Positions 61,939-64,000 of a stretch of 64,000 bases of DNA are shown here, one piece after another. Position numbers and translations under genes: made by a program. Under the pieces are notes generated by a model. That model worked only from the letters and a program-made list of their open reading frames with translations, ran no database searches and had not been told where the DNA came from. The stretch comes from an uncultured Elusimicrobia bacterium (lineage in GTDB: Bacteria > Elusimicrobiota > Elusimicrobia > 2-01-FULL-59-12). The first letter of the stretch is position 1, and each line of letters opens with the position of its first letter. The DNA is taken from positions 2,048,001-2,112,000 of the forward strand of contig OY969767.1 in assembly GCA_963702895.1 (NCBI GenBank), written 5' to 3'.

Positions 61939-63501
61939 TCAGCGGCGGGTTTTGACGTTATCTTTGAGGAATTTGTATTCGACGGCGTCGACCAGGGCGA
62001 GCCACGAGGCTTCGATGAGGTTGGTGGAGACCCCCATCGTCGTCCATTCGTCCCGATGATCACGGGACTCGATGAGGACACGGACTTTAGCGGCCGTACC
62101 CGCGGAAGCGTTCACGACACGGACCTTGTAATCGGTCAGGATCATGTCCTTCAAAGAGGGATAAAACTTTTCAAGGGATTTGCGGAGCGCTTTGTCCAGG
62201 GCATTGACCGGACCGTCGCCTTCGCCGACCGTGTGATCGGCTTTGTCGCCCACGTGGAGTTTGACGGTCGCTTCGGTGCTGACCTTACCGGCACCAGAAC
62301 TCTCCACCTCAACACGGAAATGGTCCAGTTGAAACGCGGGCTTGTGTTTGCCCAAGGCGCGTTGCACCAAGAGCTCAAAAGAAGCCTCCGCGCCTTCGAA
62401 ATGATAGCCTTCCAGCTCCTTGTTCTTCAGGAGGTTCAGGACCGCCGCGCTTGCTTTTTCATTTCCTTCCAGCAAGTGCGTCTTCATCAGGAGATTGCTT
62501 TTCCCGGAAAGCTCCGAGACGAGGATGCGCCTCGTGTTGCCCACCCGCATTGGATCGATATGCTCGTAGGTGGCGGCATGGCGAGAGACAGCCGAGACAT
62601 GCACGCCGCCCTTGTGAGCAAAAGCGGAGTGCCCCACGTAGGGCTGCCGGTCGTTCGGCACCATGTTGGCGATTTCCGAGATCACCCGTGAGGCTTCGGT
62701 GAGAGACCGGAGTTGTTCGTCAGAGACGACGTTGTAGTTCATCTTGAGCTTGAGATTGGCGATGATCGTGGTGAGGTCCGCGTTGCCGCAGCGCTCCCCG
62801 AAACCATTCACGACGCCCTGGACGAGCGTGCACCCGGCCTCAACGGCCGCCAGGGCATTGGCCACCGCGCAGCCGGAATCGTTGTGGGTATGGATCCCGA
62901 GCTCGGCCTGCGGCAAGGCCCGCTGGACGGAGAGAATGGCTTCGGAGATCTGCCGAGGGATGGAGCCGCCATTGGTATCACAGAGCGTCAGGTTGATCGC
63001 TCCGGCCTCCAGGGCCGCTTTGAGCGTTTGAATCGCGTAGGACGGGTTCGCACGGTAGCCATCAAAGAAATGCTCGGCGTCATAAATGACATCCAGTTTC
63101 TTTGAGCGAAGGAAGCGGACCGAGTCCCGGATCATATTCAGATTTTCATCGAGCGAGGCACGCAAAGCCTGCGTGACCTGCATGTCCCAGGATTTGCCAA
63201 AAATGCAGGCGACAGGAGCTTGGGAGGCCACAAGGGCTTTGAGGTTGGGGTCCTCCGAAGCGCGAATTCCCTTGCGGCGCGTGGAACCGAAGGCGACCAA
63301 GCGCGCTGTTTTGAATTTGATCTTGCGCGCATCACGAAAGAACTGGTTGTCCTTGGGGTTGGACCCCGGCCAGCCGCCTTCAATGAAGTTCACCCCCAGG
63401 CGGTCGAGTTCCTGGGCAATGCGAAGCTTGTCATGCGGAGAGAAGGAAATCCCCTCCGCCTGAGAACCGTCCCGCAAGGTGGTGTCGAAGAGTTTGATCA
63501 C
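61939..63501 (-). CDS. cimA: Citramalate synthase
   Basis: DTTLRDGSQAEG, EGGWPGSNPKD, YDAEHFFDG, AFAHKGGVH. Confidence 0.95.
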   Translation of the reverse strand: MIKLFDTTLRDGSQAEGISFSPHDKLRIAQELDRLGVNFIEGGWPGSNPKDNQFFRDARKIKFKTARLVAFGSTRRKGIRASEDPNLKALVASQAPVACIFGKSWDMQVTQALRASLDENLNMIRDSVRFLRSKKLDVIYDAEHFFDGYRANPSYAIQTLKAALEAGAINLTLCDTNGGSIPRQISEAILSVQRALPQAELGIHTHNDSGCAVANALAAVEAGCTLVQGVVNGFGERCGNADLTTIIANLKLKMNYNVVSDEQLRSLTEASRVISEIANMVPNDRQPYVGHSAFAHKGGVHVSAVSRHAATYEHIDPMRVGNTRRILVSELSGKSNLLMKTHLLEGNEKASAAVLNLLKNKELEGYHFEGAEASFELLVQRALGKHKPAFQLDHFRVEVESSGAGKVSTEATVKLHVGDKADHTVGEGDGPVNALDKALRKSLEKFYPSLKDMILTDYKVRVVNASAGTAAKVRVLIESRDHRDEWTTMGVSTNLIEASWLALVDAVEYKFLKDNVKTRR

Positions 63502-64000
63502 TATTTTTTATCGAGCCCGAACGCCTTGTGCAGCACCCGCACGGCATCATCCACGTGGTCTCGAGAGATGACACAAGAGATCTTGATCTCGGAAGTCGAG
63601 ATCATCTGAATGTTGATTTTGGCCTCGGCGAGCGCCTCAAACATCTTGGAGGCCACCCCCGCATGGCTGCGCATCCCCACACCCACGACGGCAACTTTGC
63701 CGATGTTGGCCGTATGCACGAGGTCCTCGGCCTCGAGCGCGACTTTCACGGGGCGCAACGCCCGGAGCGCCTTTTTGAGGTCGCCTTCGCTCACCGTAAA
63801 GGAGATATCGTTTTTCCTGTCGACCGCTTCTGACTGAATGATCATGTCGACGTTAATGCCCGCCTTGCCGAGCGCGCCAAAGATCTTGGCCGCCACGCCG
63901 GGCCGATCGGGAATTTCCACGATCGAAATTTTGGCCTGCTTGCGATCAAAGGCCACGCCTGAGACCACCACATTTTCCATGTGCCTCACCTCCTTGTGCA
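63501..64000 (-). CDS. lysC: Aspartate kinase, C-terminal ACT domains (5'-truncated)
   Basis: PDRPGVAAKIF...INVDMIIQ, VGVGMRSHAGVA, STSEIKISC. The frame stays open to the window edge. Confidence 0.93.
   Translation of the reverse strand, partial: HKEVRHMENVVVSGVAFDRKQAKISIVEIPDRPGVAAKIFGALGKAGINVDMIIQSEAVDRKNDISFTVSEGDLKKALRALRPVKVALEAEDLVHTANIGKVAVVGVGMRSHAGVASKMFEALAEAKINIQMISTSEIKISCVISRDHVDDAVRVLHKAFGLDKK

Noticed and set aside
1..64000. tRNA or rRNA genes, integrases, prophage
   Set aside because: None recognised; the intergenic gaps are short and explained by promoters or REP-like repeats.

Overview
This is a GC-rich bacterial window. Gene content (PorV/FadL-like barrel, FlgD-Ig C-terminal domains, TPR-ExbBD-TonB cluster) suggests Elusimicrobiota or a similar diderm lineage; that is inference only. 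Positions ~1.7-27.3 kb (all minus strand) hold what looks like an undescribed surface-fibre (pilus-like) locus. It comprises a 3738-aa repeat-built adhesin whose last ~144 aa are homologous to a small secreted subunit, a small Ig-fold chaperone-like protein, and a REC-ANTAR regulator. Directly after the regulator is a dual-hairpin/overlapping-terminator RNA leader, then an Rrf2-wHTH fused through an internal signal peptide to a chaperone-like protein. Five near-identical subunit genes (four at a 754-bp period) and one divergent paralogue follow, then an FN3/FlgD-CTD protein, a PorV-like barrel protein, a Wzz/GumC-like-HD fusion and a coiled-coil protein. No classical usher is present. The rest is mostly housekeeping: tldD, GAF-PAS histidine kinase, FecR, mltG, deacetylase, cinA, four-helix-bundle cassette, livKHMGF, thrC/hom/aminotransferase, HU, rpsI/rplM, asd, a TPR-ExbB-ExbD2-TonB-OmpA-like operon (+ strand), and lysC-cimA-ilvN-ilvC-psd-pssA-leuACD. 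Several REP-like palindrome and heptamer-repeat families are scattered through the window. All calls are by eye; no database searches were run.
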